The position numbers and the translations under genes are program-made. A DNA stretch of 64,000 bases. It comes from Sulfolobales archaeon (GTDB taxonomy: Archaea; Thermoproteota; Thermoprotei_A; Sulfolobales; AG1). The notes under the pieces are model-generated. The model worked only from the letters and a program-made list of their open reading frames with translations. It did not search any database and was not told the origin of the DNA. The stretch is taken from contig JAWBYA010000001.1 in assembly GCA_038867615.1 (NCBI GenBank), positions 577,473 to 641,472 on the forward strand, in the 5' to 3' direction. Below are positions 63,766 to 64,000 of the stretch, one piece after another. Every line of letters begins with the position of its first letter. Positions within the stretch are counted from its first letter, which is position 1.

Positions 63766-64000
63766 AGAGAAAGATCCACATGATCAAAAAAGATCCGAAA
63801 AATTTATAAGGAATACAGCAAAGAAGATCCACGTGGGATCTAGATCCCGAGGAATCATCCCAAAAGATCTGCGGGAAAAAGAGATCAAAAAATATTGGGG
63901 TTAATAAGCATTACTATCATCAAAAACAAGGATCAATTCCGGAATCTATGCTTATAAGCTAGATAAGCATAGAAATAATGGTATAGTCGATCTCCTATAG
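63734..64000 (+). promoter_or_regulatory. Second CRISPR leader copy (inverted duplicate), truncated by window end
   Basis: 63734-63809 is the reverse complement of 57599-57674 and 63902-64000 of 57408-57506. Confidence 0.9.

Noticed and set aside
62991-63832. Hydrophobic minus-strand ORFs, one sharing its N-terminus (MDLSLYSIPVDSGSL) with the 57629 ORF
   Set aside because: Antisense to A-rich csa3; the shared start is simply the duplicated leader block

Overview
Archaeal genomic DNA, most consistent with a thermophilic crenarchaeote (Thermoprotei): csa-type cas genes, PaREP1, form III RuBisCO and an ATTGAAAG-ended CRISPR repeat. Positions 1-36.9 kb hold metabolic and accessory genes: an ABC-permease/SIS/GNAT/AnmK cluster, AtoE-type transporter, dehydrogenases, class III aminotransferase, prolyl oligopeptidase, MetE-like enzyme, PLD-domain protein, a convergent restriction-modification pair, RuBisCO, TrmO and a NikR-like regulator with a P1B ATPase. 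Positions 37.1-64 kb are a type I-A CRISPR-Cas locus: csa3 divergent from csa5-cas7-cas5-cas3'-cas3''-cas8a, then translationally coupled nurA-herA and a small ORF, with no cas6 visible. An array of about 122 repeats (manual count) is transcribed on the minus strand. It is followed by an APE2256-family CARF gene, csx1, the csa1-cas1-cas2-cas4 module, a second csa3 and an inverted copy of the leader running off the window end. Most notable: the NurA-HerA module in the Cascade operon, cOA-type CARF genes without Cas10, solitary repeat-like units flanking rbcL, and a kb-scale oscillating G/T versus A/C skew. All calls come from reading motifs by eye; no database searches were run.
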